Part shown: piece after piece, positions 63,656 through 64,000 of the stretch
Layout of the letters: each line of letters opens with the position of its first letter
How positions within the stretch are numbered: the stretch's first letter is position 1
IMG/VR virus record: IMGVR_UViG_3300032246_000397
Location: 186 to 64,185 of that record
Strand: one strand, 5' to 3'
DNA from: a virus
Taxonomy: Duplodnaviria > Caudoviricetes
DNA length: 64,000 bases
Notes under the pieces: model-generated
Database searches by the model: none
What the model was told of the DNA's origin: nothing
What the model saw: only the letters and a program-made list of their open reading frames with translations
Position numbers and translations under genes: made by a program

Positions 63656-64000
63656 TGTTTGGAATAAGCTCATTTGCTCAAAGTACTTTTGCTGGATTAG
63701 GCACGAATGCGTTTGTTTTGAATATTAGCGAAGATGTCAACATGGCGGATGCCAATGCAGTAACAGCAGCTTTTAGCCAAAGCCTAAACGAAAACGTGGA
63801 GATGTTTGAGTACAACGCCCCTACTGGCGAATTCTATGCGCTTATTGACGAGTTTGTAGGTATGGCAGATGCTCAAACAGTAACGGCGGCTTTTGCTGCA
63901 AGTATTACAGAACCCCTAAACTCCGCAGATTTTGCAGAGATTACAGCCCAATTTGCTGCAGCGCAAACAGAAAATGTAGTTATGGACGATTCTAGCGTAC
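63655..64000 (+). CDS. Virion/tail protein, 5' part (runs off window end)
   Basis: TAATG coupling; MFGISSFAQSTFA... open to the end. Confidence 0.7.
   Translation, partial: MFGISSFAQSTFAGLGTNAFVLNISEDVNMADANAVTAAFSQSLNENVEMFEYNAPTGEFYALIDEFVGMADAQTVTAAFAASITEPLNSADFAEITAQFAAAQTENVVMDDSSV

Overview
This 64-kb window appears to be almost the entire genome of a tailed dsDNA phage (Caudoviricetes). It has podovirus-like architecture: ejection proteins and no tape-measure gene. It resembles uncultured freshwater phages, and the host is possibly a betaproteobacterium (inference). One gene seems to wrap from the window end to the window start. A + strand late arm (about 41.1 kb to end, then 1 to 19.07 kb) carries the terminase, portal, GroES, scaffold, capsid, small basic proteins, tail/fibre genes, a GH19 endolysin, ejection proteins and a 2326-aa polyvalent protein. 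A - strand early/middle arm (40.8 to 19.07 kb) carries early cassettes, an AAA/vWA module, a Leu762-type PolA, a PD-(D/E)XK nuclease, an SNF2 helicase and a primase-helicase. No integrase, tRNA, CRISPR array or reverse transcriptase was recognised. The most unusual signals are mostly non-coding: (1) ten co-oriented TCCAC-N6-GTGGA sites clustered around a putative iteron origin, many inside genes; (2) a repeated early cassette (promoter, 5' hairpin, gene, terminator, conserved 27-bp box) carrying two paralogous unknown proteins; (3) two candidate pseudoknotted RNAs; (4) a hydrophobic-[AK]-x-G-G motif shared by many late proteins; (5) an unannotated phasin-like mini-ORF behind a PhaR-like box. 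All product calls come from motif recognition and gene context, not database searches.
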